Positions 47,167-59,485 of a DNA stretch of 64,000 bases are shown here, piece by piece. The stretch is from Callorhinchus milii (lineage: Eukaryota), in assembly GCF_018977255.1 (NCBI RefSeq), contig NW_024704742.1, forward strand, positions 5,458,001-5,522,000, in the 5' to 3' direction. The position numbers and the translations under genes were made by a program. The notes beneath the pieces were generated by a model that had not been told where the DNA came from, ran no database searches, and worked only from the letters and a program-made list of their open reading frames with translations. Within the stretch, counting starts at the first letter, position 1. The number at the start of each line of letters is the position of its first letter.

Positions 47167-48315
47167 AGGAATATTGTAATTTCACTATTTGGAACACTTG
47201 TTTTGCTCAATCCTTCTTGTCTTAAACCAAAAGAGCATCAATTGTTGTGCAAAAGTTCTTTGCCATTTACTAATTCTATCAGTTGAATATACTTTGCAGC
47301 AACTTTATTTATACCGGGGGTGGTGGGGGGAGGAGAGGCAACTGACTTGAATTAAAGGAGACAAGGGTATTCGTTCGAAAAGTACTTTGGAACAAGTTTG
47401 GGACCATTCTGGAGATGCAATGCTTTTTCATATTGTACGGTAGTTGGTGGGGGGGGAGAGGAGAGATATATTCACAGACCACATGGCGAGTGATATATTT
47501 TCAAAATGATTAATGTGAAAACTCCATCAAATCTACCTCAGCGGATGTTTAGATCACTTCTTGATCACGAGAAATTCATGATGCTACATTTTATAAATTT
47601 CCCATATAACGTTACAAGCTCGTTCCCATTTTCGGTGCAAAATCCCACGATGATCTAAAGCTGTGCCCATGCAATCCTAAAGATGTTTTTTTTTAAAGAA
47701 ACTCGTAATTTTTTCAAACTTTAAAAATCGGATGTTGGTTATTGATTAGTCCAGCGCCTTGTGACGTCCTCCCGACGTGAAAGGCGCTGCATAAATGCAA
47801 TTTGTCTGTTGGTCTGTTTTATTCCTATATTGTTAAACTGTTGCTGTCTTAATCTACTTGTTCTACAGAATTGAATGCCAATAAATGTTTGGTGCATTTA
47901 ATGTAGCGGTGAACATTTTGATCAGATTTTAATATGCCTTGTATCATGTGCCCAATACAGGCAGTAAGGCTTCATGATATTGAATATATTCCATCAATAT
48001 GTTGTATATGTAACAGCTCAGTGGTGTGCAGTGTGTCTTGACAACTTTACCATTCACAGTCCAGAATTCTTTATCAATGCATTTTTCAATGTTAATACTT
48101 TATTAAATTTACTATCTTCACTCACTTTTGTTATAAAGACAGTATTTTGAAATGGTGTGAAACGTTGGTGCCCAAAATGCCCAAGTACTTTACTTGAGCC
48201 AGACTGGCAGTATGTAAAAGTGCTGCAGGGCTGATTATTAGTTTTAATTCCTTATAAATGTCTAGTTTGATCTTGAGTATGTATAATCACATTTTTGAAA
48301 ATTTTCCTGGCTGAG

Positions 48316-48321
48316 AATAAA
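48316..48321 (+). terminator. Candidate SLC25A51 poly(A) signal (another AATAAA at 47880)
   Basis: AATAAA followed by a T/GT-rich downstream element (tttcttctcttgtttgtg). Confidence 0.5.
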
Positions 48322-49809
48322 ACTGAAATGAATTGTGCTCATTTCTTCTCTTGTTTGTGATCTTACTGCTGTTTGTCCTTCAGTATGGTCGTAAAATCTT
48401 ACTCAACGGTTGGGGCATCGGGCAAAGCGCCACAGAACACTTTGTGAGGCTTGAATTTCACTTTTTCCTCTCCATTGAATTCCTGATTACACTGTTGTCT
48501 GAAGGCCAAATGGATCCCCACACACTGAGGGAGTGTCGTGTGTCTTGTCTGAGCTGCTGATTCAGAGCAACAACTCGCCTTTGGAGTTGTGTGCCTGTAA
48601 ATATGTAACATTGTGTGACAAAGAGGGGATTTAATATTAATAATCCTTGCATTTGATATAGCGCCTTATCATGTCGAGACGTCTCAATGCTCTTCGCAGA
48701 ATATATTGTAAAGTGAATTGACTATATTTAGTGGGTGAAACTTTGTAGAGGGTAAAACTGTAGGCAGTCGAAATTGATGTTAATGAGAATTGGTTAGTTG
48801 TGAGTTCATCTGATTTTGAAGACTGCTGTTTTCAGTTGTTGAGAATGTTTTCTTTCTATACCAATGGCCCATTTGTACGAACAGATTCAGTTGAACAGAT
48901 GAACAGAGCTGTTACAGTGAATTTCCAGAGTACTTCTGTTGCAGGTTTATAATAATCCTTACATTTGGTTTAGTGCCATTCATGTCAGGAGGATGTCCTA
49001 AAGCACTTAACAAAATGTACTGTAAAGTGTGATGACTGTTTTTATGGACAAGCGCTTCCACAAAACAGGTTTATATGCATCCTAGCACAGGCTGAAGCTA
49101 GATTAAAAGCAAGAGATCACTGATTTAGTGAACACTAGAAATGAATTGTAGTATTTGAAAGGAGGACAAATAAAGGTCCAAGTTCTTAATTTTTAAGGAA
49201 AAAAATGCAATAGTAATTAAGGGTTTATGTACCGGGTAATCTTTATTTTTGAAAGGCGTGTCTGCAAATTATAAAGATATCTATTTTGTGGTCAGCTGGA
49301 TGTCTGACGTGTGAAAACCTATTGCCGTGCGTAAGTGAATCCAAACCAGACAGAATTCCACATACGCTTTCAAATTACACACAGGAATCTCCCCATGTCT
49401 GGATTGGAATGCATTCTTCCTGGAGGGACACACCCTGATTACCTAATTCTGGAGAGCATTAACTATGGGTACAAGAGCCAAGGCTAGGAGACCTCAGAGT
49501 ATTAAGATCCAGCTGGGGTTGCAGGTAAACCCATGATTCTTTTTTTCATATTAATTAGACCATAAGAAAACGCTTGCAGTTGATATAGCGCCTTATCACG
49601 TCTTCAATAGTCTCAAAACGCTTCACAGGATATACTGTAAAGGGAATTGACTGTATATTTTGTGGGCAAAACTCTGTAGCCAATTGCACACAGCAGTGTC
49701 CTACAAACAGTCGTGAATTGAGCGATCTAAAACATTTTTTTTAAGGAAAAGCGATCCGCCAAACGACGCCCCAGGGCAAATATTGCCTCAAGGCAATCGC
49801 TGCTCCGAG

Positions 49810-50613
49810 GCACTGGACAATTAGTGTTTCGGACCCGAGCTAGGGGCTGGGATTCGGGAGGGTGGAGGGCAGGGAGGGCAGAGGGTGACCAAAGGCACGG
49901 TCAAAGAGGATGGTCTTGAGATGGGTCTTGAAGGAGGCAAGGGAGGGTGCGAGGTGGAGGGACTGCGGGATGGTGTTCCATAGGGTGGGGGCAGAATTGC
50001 AGAAGGCCCGCCTGCCAATGATGAGGCTGGTGGGGGACGTGAAGCAGGCCGGAGCCCGCTGACTGGAGGGAGTGAGCAGGTTGGTGGGGTTTAGAAGGTT
50101 CCAGAGGTAGGGGGGGAGCAAGACCATGGAGGGCTTTGAAGGATCTTGAACTGTATCCATTGTGTGATGGGAAGCCAGTGGAGTCGGGCGAGGATGGGGG
50201 TGATAGGGTCGAGGAACCTGGTGCGGGAGAGGACATGGGCTGCAGAGTTCTGGATGATCTGCAACCTATGGAGGGAGGATTTGGGGAGGCCGACAAGGAG
50301 GGAGTTTGAGTAGTTGAGCCTGGATGTTATGAATGCGTGTATGAGGGTCTCGGTGGCCTGCGGTGTGAGACAGTGGCGGAGGTAGAGGAAGGTAGAGAGG
50401 GTCATGGCATGGATGCGGGGTAGGAAGAATAGTTGAGGGGCAAACAAGATGACAAGGTTCAGGACCAGCTTAATAGGGTGGAGTGTGATTCTCGGATGGT
50501 GATGCTGTCAGCACCTGAGGAGTAGAAGCGCTGACGGGAGCCACTCAGGAGAGCCTCGATCTTGTTGACGTTCAACTGTAGAAAATTAGCTCTCATCCAG
50601 GACTTGATGTCTG
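49810..50613 (-). mobile_element. L2 3' fragment
   Basis: Encodes AFITSRLNYSNSLL...QNSAAHVL...ARLHWLPI. Confidence 0.9.
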
Positions 50614-51954
50614 ATGGATAAACACAACGTAATTTAAAGCAGAATGAACCAACAGCTTCTTTTCTCTGAGCTGAAGAAGCAATGCTGACATCACCAGCCC
50701 CAGCTCAATTAAACAACTTGACGAGGAAAATGTGTTCCTTTCAAAGCAGAATATTCGCACTGTGGTCGAATCTTTACAGCTTTGAATTCCAGGGCCACAA
50801 AACTATCAGTTCCCTTTAACAACACATTGTAAAATGGCTCCTTTCCCTCTGGAAAACTCACATTGTCTCGGAGCTCACTACGAATGCCCGCAGACAGGAC
50901 AGATTAGAGAACAATATAAGACAAGATCAAAACGCTGCAGAGGAATTAGATGATCACAAACATAATCTTGATCAGCCTTGTGTAAACACCTCAAGAACCT
51001 GGAATTGAATCAAACCCTGGTCGGCATCATGAGGTTTCCACCACATAGAATCACAGGATTAAAAACACAGAAGGTCATCTGGCCCACCGTGCCTGTGTCG
51101 GCTTTCGGAGAGTGTTATCCATACAGTTCCTGTCCCATTTCTTTGGTAACTGAGTGCAGCTATTTCTTTTCCATCAACAGCCACATCTTTCTAACCTGTT
51201 AACAGGTTAAAAGAAGTAAACCATTCGATTTTTGTTGCACCCTTGATGCATTGAACGTTCATCCTGTTTGTTTATTTTGCCCGTCTCCTGCATGAAAATT
51301 CTTGGCTTGGAGATGCACTTGAATATTTAAATGGGGACAATATTTGGCTTGATAGCTGGTTGCAATAAGTATGAATCTCATGACTGACCGAGATTGGATT
51401 GTTTAAGAGTAAGTTCACTATAAACTCTGACCCAAAGAGTCTGCTGTTCCGTCTCACTTCATTCACAGTGGAATGAATGCGACTTGTGGGGAGACCAGAC
51501 AGAAGCTCTGCTCCAGCTCCGAATGTTATTCTGCTAAAATCACATAGCTTGCCATTTAGAGCGCTCTCTGGCAAGCCTTCTCATTGCTTCTCAGCCCGAC
51601 CCATTAGGGCCTTGGCTTGCAGGGCTAACAGGAGCCGAGCGGGAAGAATCCCTGTCACCAGTGACTGGTCTGCCCCTCCAAGTCCTGTTGACAAGCCAGG
51701 CTGGCTGGTCTGTCATCAGCAGTGCCCAGAAGAACTATGCCTCTGCCTGGCTCAGGAACTCAGCTACCAAGACCACCACGGAGCTGGTTGAGTTCTGATA
51801 TTCAATCGCCAACAAGCCAACTAGCTCAGGCCCAAGGAGATCCTGCTTGCCTTTCCCCCCCCCTCCCCCCCACCCCCCTGCCTCCCCTCCCAGGAGAATA
51901 GTCACTAGTTGGTCAATAATCACCCGCAAAGCGGGTTTGAGCCCTCACCTCACT

Positions 51955-52271
51955 ATAATAATAATAATAATCCTTGCATTTGATATAGCGCTTTTCACGT
52001 CGGGAGGACGTCCCAAAGCGCTTCACAGAACAAACTGTAAAGTGAATTGACTGTATATTTGTGGGCGAACGCGGCAGCCAATTGCGCACAGCAATGTCCC
52101 ACAAACAGTCGTAGATTGAAAATGACCAATTTATTTTTGGTTTTGGAGGGGTTATTATCAGGCTCTGTGTGGAGTAAGGAAACTTGCCCAAGGTTTCGCC
52201 CTCTGCCTGGAATTGAACTCAGGTCTCTCACTTGCAAAGCGAGTGCTCTAACCACTGAGCTACAGGACTCC
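51955..52271 (-). mobile_element. Full-length young SINE
   Basis: Flanked by the CACTAT direct repeat. Confidence 0.92.
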
Positions 52272-54130
52272 ACTATGTGGTTTGCACGTAGCAGGAACGC
52301 CCTATGAACCTCTTAGTTCATAGCAGCTCAGCATGAAATTCCGTCCCCCTCCCTCCCCCTCCTGATCCTAACCACCAGCTCGGGTGCAGATCCCTGACTG
52401 TCCAGCGCCTCGGGACGTCCTCCTGACCTGAAAGGCGCTGTACAAATGTAATTTGTGGCTGTTGTGGTTGCTACAAAATACACAGTCATACACTTCACAG
52501 TTAAATTCCGTAAAGTGCTTTCAGTTGCTTTGACAATGTAATGAGGATAAATGCAAGGCTTATTATTATTATTATTTATGTGCAGGTCAGTCTAGATCTA
52601 TTTGAGTAATATCATTAGTGGTATCATTCAGATGGATCTAGACGGGTCTTTAGTTTGTTTTCAATTGCAGCATTTGTCTAATTGCCTTTTAAAAGGCTTT
52701 GATTAATTTCAAGCTACATATTCTGCTCAGAGAAAGATAGATGTACAGGATCATTGCGATAAAATTATGGTCTGCTCTCAAACAAAGAGCTATCTAATTC
52801 TCTCTTGCACTTGTTGATCCACAGTACACCTCAACCACCTCTTCAGGCTTTCTGTTCATTCCACACGTTGGCTTTTCACTGAGACCTTGAAAGAGCCTAT
52901 TTCGCAAACTCATTTTAAAACCGGCCGTAATCTCTGAATATGTCAAGATCCTGGCTTTCACCTTTAAATTCATCCCCAGCCTCGCCCCAGCCCCATCTCT
53001 GCGATATCCTACAACCCTCCCTTCACTCAAGCGGGTACCAGTCTGAATCATGTCCCCACCATTGGTGGGCAGGCTTTCAGCCATTCTGCACCCCCCCCCC
53101 CATCTATGGAACTCCATCCCAGACTCCCTCCCTCCCTCAGACTCCCTCCCTATATTTAAGACCAGTCTCATGACTTATATCTTTGACCAAACTTTCCGTC
53201 ATCTGTCCGCAAACTTCAGCTGTCGTGCCCCCAGCTTTGATGCCCAGCCTTCAGTATAAAGTGTTTTGAGATATCCTCCGGATAAGAAAGGCGATATTTA
53301 CGGTAAACCCCCCCCCCCCCCCCCAGTTTACGTCCCTAGCCGGCTGCCTCATCTCCTCGCCCCCCGCCTCTCCTGCTCGCTGCCTGCAATGGCCAGGAAT
53401 ATCGACTTTGACTCAGTTTGAATCCCTCGAGCAGAGGATACTGTAGCTTATACATTATTTTCCGTTCATGGGATTGAGACAATTCCGATGTCCGTGTCTG
53501 CATTTTAAGATGGTAAATGTCGGTACCGGGATAGTAATTAAACTTAGCCGGGAATTCCGACTCACCAGATCGGATCTCTCCCATTTCTCCGGCCAGTTTT
53601 TAGTGTAAATGCAAATTGTATTGCACTCTATGGGTAACCTGTACGATTTTTAAGATTTTTTCTTTGATAGGCACACAGGACATCAGTCACGTGCCTCGTC
53701 CAACATCTGTGACTTGCAAAGAAACTCAGAGATTGTTCTGGGAACACTCGGTCAGGTCAGGCAGCATCTATGGAGAGAGGAAAGTAAGTTAATGTTTCAG
53801 GTCGCTGACCCGTCGTCTCTGACGGTGACCTTTCGTCTCTGAATAACAGGGAAGCGGAGAGGAGTCGGAAAAAGTGATTCTTCTCTGTAATTGGACACAA
53901 ACTCTGCAAACCAGGAAATCTTTTGAAAATAAGGCTTCCAGCGTGTAATAGTTGACAGCAGTAATTGTGAAATGCCCTCTACTGGTTAACAAGATTAGAA
54001 ACCCTCCCGTGGCTTTCAATGAGGAGCGGAAAATAGTGATTTTACAAATTTATATTGTTGTTTTACATTGTTGTGGTGCCTCACACATCGGGAGGTTGTC
54101 CCAAGGCTCTTAACAATACTGTCTTAACTT

Positions 54131-54450
54131 TAATAATAATAATAATCCTTGCATTTGATATAGCGCTTTTCACGTCGGGAGGACGTCCCAAAGCGCTTCA
54201 CAGAATATACTGTAAAGTGCATTGACTGTATATTTGTGGGCGAACGCGGCAGCCAATTGCGCGCAGCAATGTCCCACAAACAGTCGTAGATTGAAAATGA
54301 CCAATTTATTATTGTTTTTGGTTTTGGAGGGATTATTATTAGGCTCTGTGTGGAGTAAGGAAACTTGCCCAAGGTTTCGCCCTCTGCCTGGAATTGAACT
54401 CAGGTCTCTCGCTTGCAAAGCGAGTGCTCTAACCACTGAGCCACAGGACT
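54131..54450 (-). mobile_element. Full-length young SINE
   Basis: Near-identical to other young copies. Confidence 0.92.
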
Positions 54451-56908
54451 TCCACTGCTGATGACTCATTTGAAATATTTGCTGCAATTTGGAGTTTTCT
54501 GCCTTCGTGAGGAGGTTGACGAGCAACAGGGGGATTTGAAGAGAGAATCAACATCAGGCAGATAACAGGATTCCTGAAGGAAAGGCCCAATTAGCAAACT
54601 TCTAGTTTAGTTAGACTGCAATTGCAAGGCAGAAAGGTTGGCCATCGTTGACCTAGGATTCTCGATGAACTGAAACAAAAATGCTGGCCTTTCCGAAAAT
54701 AGTAATGGATAGTTTAGGCAGCGTTCCCTTACAGTTAGCAACACAAAGATTAGTTTGTCGCCAATGGAAATATTTCATCACATCTCAGGGATGGGAATAT
54801 ATTCTACCAGATTTATCTTGTTCTGCTAATGTCAGTGTGCCAGCCGAGCTCAGCGACCGAATTATTATTATCGTTTTTTTTTTGTAAGGGATTATTACCC
54901 CCGCAAAAGCGATCGGCCAATCGACTAACAAACCGGGTTCCTCTTTACCGCTGGGTAAACGGAGGCGCGTGGAGTAAGGGAACTTGCCCAATGTTTCGCC
55001 CTGGCCGGGAATCGAACCCAGGTCTTCTCGCTTGCGATGACTCCAATATGATGTGCTTCATACAAAGTTGTGCAACGTCCGCCAGGTGGCGATGGTCCGG
55101 AGAAAGAAAAAAAAACCTCAAAGAGAGCCTGGCGTTTCATTAAATACTACAGCCAAACTTTATAATTTGTGAATCATATACAATGCAGTAATCCACTAGA
55201 CGAGCCGTTCAGCAGAGTGTCTATGTATAATTAGCACAAAAGCAAGTAATAATCCTTGCAATAGAGATAGCGCCTTTCACGTGAGAAGGATGTGCTTCAC
55301 AGTCAGGACACACTCAAGTTAAGTCACTGTATTTTGTCGGTCTGTGTCTGTGCTGTACATGGATCTGCTGTATTTTTCAGTCTGTGGTGTATATACACAC
55401 ACAGAACAGTAATGCAGTTGAGATTGTTATCCATATTGTTGTTCAGTGACCTCTACAGGAAAGTGTACATGTGCAGATGCTATAATAATCATCCTTACAT
55501 TTGATGTAGCGCCTTTCACATCGGGAGGACATATAGTGCTGCTCAGGATTTACTCATCCCCGTGCCTTCAGCCACCATGCCCCGAAACTCTGAAACTCTC
55601 TCCCTCAGTCCCTCCGCCTCGGCCCCCTCCCTCCCCACCTTCAAATCCTACCTAAAGACATTCCTTTTTGATCGTACTTAGGATCACCTCCCACCTCCCT
55701 CTCCCCCCTGGCTCGTTGTCAGACTCCATCACTATGAAGAGCTCCGAGACGCTACCCCACGTGAAGGGCGCTCTATAAATGCAAGTTGTTGTTGTCAGTC
55801 GGGTCAGTAAGGCTTTCCATCTGCTCATAATCTTCCTTCATCTCTCCCACCTTCCATGCAAATGGCCCCATTCGGTCAGACATCAGCTCTGTATAATACT
55901 GCCTCCAGACCTCAAGGATGCCCTCATGGGCTCTTCAGAAAGGTTCCTCAGAGCTGGTGCCAGGGTTGGATACGTCTGGTGCTCGAAAACACATCAAATC
56001 CAGTTGGGTCAAGGAAATTCAGACTAAGATTTTACAGACACCTGGAAAATTAACAGATGAGTTTGATATTGCATGAATTTGGATAAGGAGTTCTTATTTT
56101 TTCCATTTTATTTGATCAAGTAAATTATGGGTGATTTAGTTTATGATATTTCCGTGTAATTTCCTTTTCGGGGGAAGGTTGGGCTGAAGTCTACAACAGA
56201 CTTGATCTCACGACTACAATAGGCTTGTTCGTAGAGCTGCACTTGTCTTGAGTTGATAGCTACTGTGGTTTATTTATTCGATACAGATGATGCGGTTGGA
56301 TTCGGAGTACAGTTGAGGGATAAAGATAATTAAGAAAATACTTGCCTAGTTGTAATTCTGTTAGTTCCGCGGTATTAATAGGCACGCTTAGTTGGGTATT
56401 GTGAATGTTTGTTGAACATTGTTTAACCTACCTTGTGGTGTGTTTATAAATTAGCTTGATATCTACGGCATCTTCCATTTTCAATTTTCCTCTTGGCTTC
56501 CTGTCGCTTCCTACCATTTCTCTTCACATGTTACCACCTCAGGATCCACCCACACAGCATCTTAAGTCTCACCATGTGAGAGTAATGCCCACACTTTGTG
56601 AATCAGTATATTCCCCCTTGGCTGGGCAGTCCGCAAGTGGAAGAACAACATCATGCCATTTTTAATACATCTTTCACACCACTCAAAACAATGAGCCTGT
56701 TATATGAGTAGCTTATCCGACTGGAACAGCAGTGATGCTTGTTATGATTATGACTCTGCGTAATACTTGAATACTTGAATATAATACTTAAATGAAATAT
56801 CCTCGTCTTGCATTTCCCGCAAGTAGTTTACCTTTATCTTTGGAAAACATTTTGCAGGAAATTGGCTTTGAAAGATGCTGCCATTTGATCCGGGTGGGAA
56901 ATATATAT

Positions 56909-57077
56909 TGGGAACACTCAGCAGGTCAGGACAGCATCTATGGAGAGAGGAAAGGTCATCGCCTGAAATGTTAATTCACTTTCCTCTCTCCATAGATGCT
57001 GCCTGACCTGCCTGAGTGTTCCCAGCGACTACTGATTTTGTTTCAGATTTCCAGCATCTGCAGTATTTTGCCTTTTG
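56909..57077. mobile_element. Palindromic Penelope-like terminal relic
   Basis: About 45-bp inverted arms (56909-56954 and 56979-57024); a second half-copy lies at 53738-53845. Confidence 0.6.
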
Positions 57078-57449
57078 GAAAATGTATATTGCTGCTTAGG
57101 AGGATAGGGTCAGAAGATGGGGACTATTAAAGCTATGGGGAGTGGGTAGCACACAATATTAATAATAATAATAGTAATGCGGGATTACATTGGGGTGAAC
57201 ATGTGGATGTAGCAGCACTCCGAGACGTGATCAGATAAATACATCATTTCTGTACTGCAACGTTCTATGATCCTAAGAGGCCCATTGGGATTTGACATTT
57301 CCAGGTGTCTTCAGAAATTCAGGATTCAGGTACTCTGAGATGCAATTGGAGCAGCTTTGCCGGTACTTTGAAACCCTGGTACGCAGTTTAATAAAAGATT
57401 ATGTCTCAAAAATGTGGATTTTCTTTTTGAGACAGTACTGTCATATACC

Positions 57450-57525
57450 CGAGACAGCATGTAAGAGATGTGAGACCGCACGGTAAGAGATGTGAGAGAG
57501 AACTGTAAGAGATGCGAGACAGCAC
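57450..57525. repeat. Short tandem repeat, about 3.5 units of 21-22 bp
   Basis: GAGACAGCATGTAAGAGATGT and variants. Confidence 0.7.
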
Positions 57526-57883
57526 CAAATAATCCAGGCCATGTTGTAAGCGAAATGGAAAGTAGATGTAGTAAGAGGAATGAAGTGGTACATTCGTCAA
57601 AGCTCTCTGAGACCCTAACCCTGCCTAAAGGGCGCCATATAAATGCAAGTTGTCGTTGTGGTTGTACAGTTACTTGCAGAGGCACCTCCAGAGGTTCCTC
57701 CCAAGCTTTGGGAAAAACAGGACTCCGCACCGGGAGGCTAAAGTTAGCCGTGCTGTCATTGCAGACCTCTCCAGAAACATCCCCAGAGATCTGGATATTT
57801 ACACCACAATCATGTGTTCCTGGGTTATTTCGTGGGAGTTATTTGCAATTATTTTAGTCTGTGCTACAAATACTATTTCTTGT

Positions 57884-58247
57884 GGAGTCCCATAGCTCAG
57901 TGGTTAGAACACTCGCCTCGCAAGCGAGAGGACCCGGGTTTGATTCCCAGGTGAGGTGAAACATTGGGCAAGTTTCCTTAGTCCACTTGCCTCTGTTTAC
58001 CCAGCAGTAAGTAGGAACCCGGTCGTTAGTTGGTTCGCAGATCATTTTTCCGGGGGGTAGTGATCCCTCCAACAAATAAAAATTATAATCCACGACTGTT
58101 TGTGGGGACGCTGCTGTATACAATTGGCTGTCGTGTTTCGCCCACAAAATATACAGTCAATTCGCTTTACAGTATATTCTATGAAGCGCTTTGAGACGTC
58201 TCGAAGACGTGATAAGGCGCCGTATCAAATGCAAGGATTGTTATTAT
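57884..58247 (+). mobile_element. SINE, older long subfamily
   Basis: CGC-anticodon-like head and TCGAA-loop tail. Confidence 0.88.
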
Positions 58248-58557
58248 TTCTGAAACCGGAACATTTTGATTCTTGAATTCACATGATTTCCGATGTGTCT
58301 TTATCACTGAAGTTCCTGGTACTAACGTAAGGCATTTTGTCAGTTGCAATTATTTTCGTCTTTGCTGCAACTGCTATTTCTTGAAGACTGATGTTACTAC
58401 AATTAAAATGATAATTTTTGTCACTCCAGAATGTGCGCGTGGTGAATTCACAAGATCCTGGATTATCACAACCCACTGCTCTGCAACTCTGTATCACAGG
58501 GCCCACGATAGTCTTCTACAATGGTATTTCTCCACAGAATAAGCCAATGACAATATT

Positions 58558-59485
58558 AATAATAATAGCATTTGATATGGCGCCTTATCACGTCTTCAAG
58601 ACGTCTCAAAGCGCTTCATAGGATACACTATAAAGTGAATTGACTGTATATGTTGTGGGCGAAATGCAGTAGGCAATTGCGCACAGCAGCGTCCCACAAA
58701 CAGTCGTGGATCAAAGTGACCGATTTATCATTATTACTTTTTTTAAGGAATTATTATCTCCGGAAAAGCGATCCGCCAATCGACTAACAACCGGGTTCCT
58801 ACTCATTGCCAGGTAAACAGAGGCGTGTGTGCGTGTGTAGAGTAAGGAAACTTGCCCAATGTTTCTCCCTGCCCCACCCGGCAATCAAACCCACATCTCT
58901 CGCTTGCGAAACTGTTTGAACTGGCAGGTGAGTCGATACCCGGGGCGCGTAGATTCAAGATAATTGGCAAAAGAACCAGAGGGAAGATGAGAATTTTTTT
59001 TGTGTGCAGCCGGTTGTTACAATGTGGAATACGCTGCCTGAAAGGGTGGTGGCAGTCGGTTGAATAATAACTTTCAAAAGGGAATTAGATATATACTCTA
59101 AAAGAAAAAAAAATTGGCAAGGCTTTGGGGAAAGAGCGGGGGAATGGGATGAATTTGATAGCTCTTTCAAAGAACCAGCACAGGCACGATGGGCGGAATG
59201 GCCTCCTTCTGCGCTATAAGATTCTATAATGGACGAAACTTTGGGCAAATTTCCTTACTCCGCACTCCTCTGTTCACCATCACTTTTCCGGTGGTAATAA
59301 TCCCCTAAAGAAAATAATAAATTGGTCACTTTGATCCACGGCTGTTTGTGGGACGCTGCTGTGCGCAATTGGCTGCTGTGTTTCGCCCAAAAAATATACA
59401 GTCAGTTCGCTTTACGTTGTATCCTGTGAAGCGCTGTGAGACGTGATAAGGCACTATATCAAATGCAAGGATTATTATTATTATG
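58558..59485. mobile_element. Cluster of a minus-strand SINE (58558-58910), a CR1 tail (58905-59230) and a plus-strand SINE (59233-59485)
   Basis: Each part is similar to other copies in the window. Confidence 0.82.
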
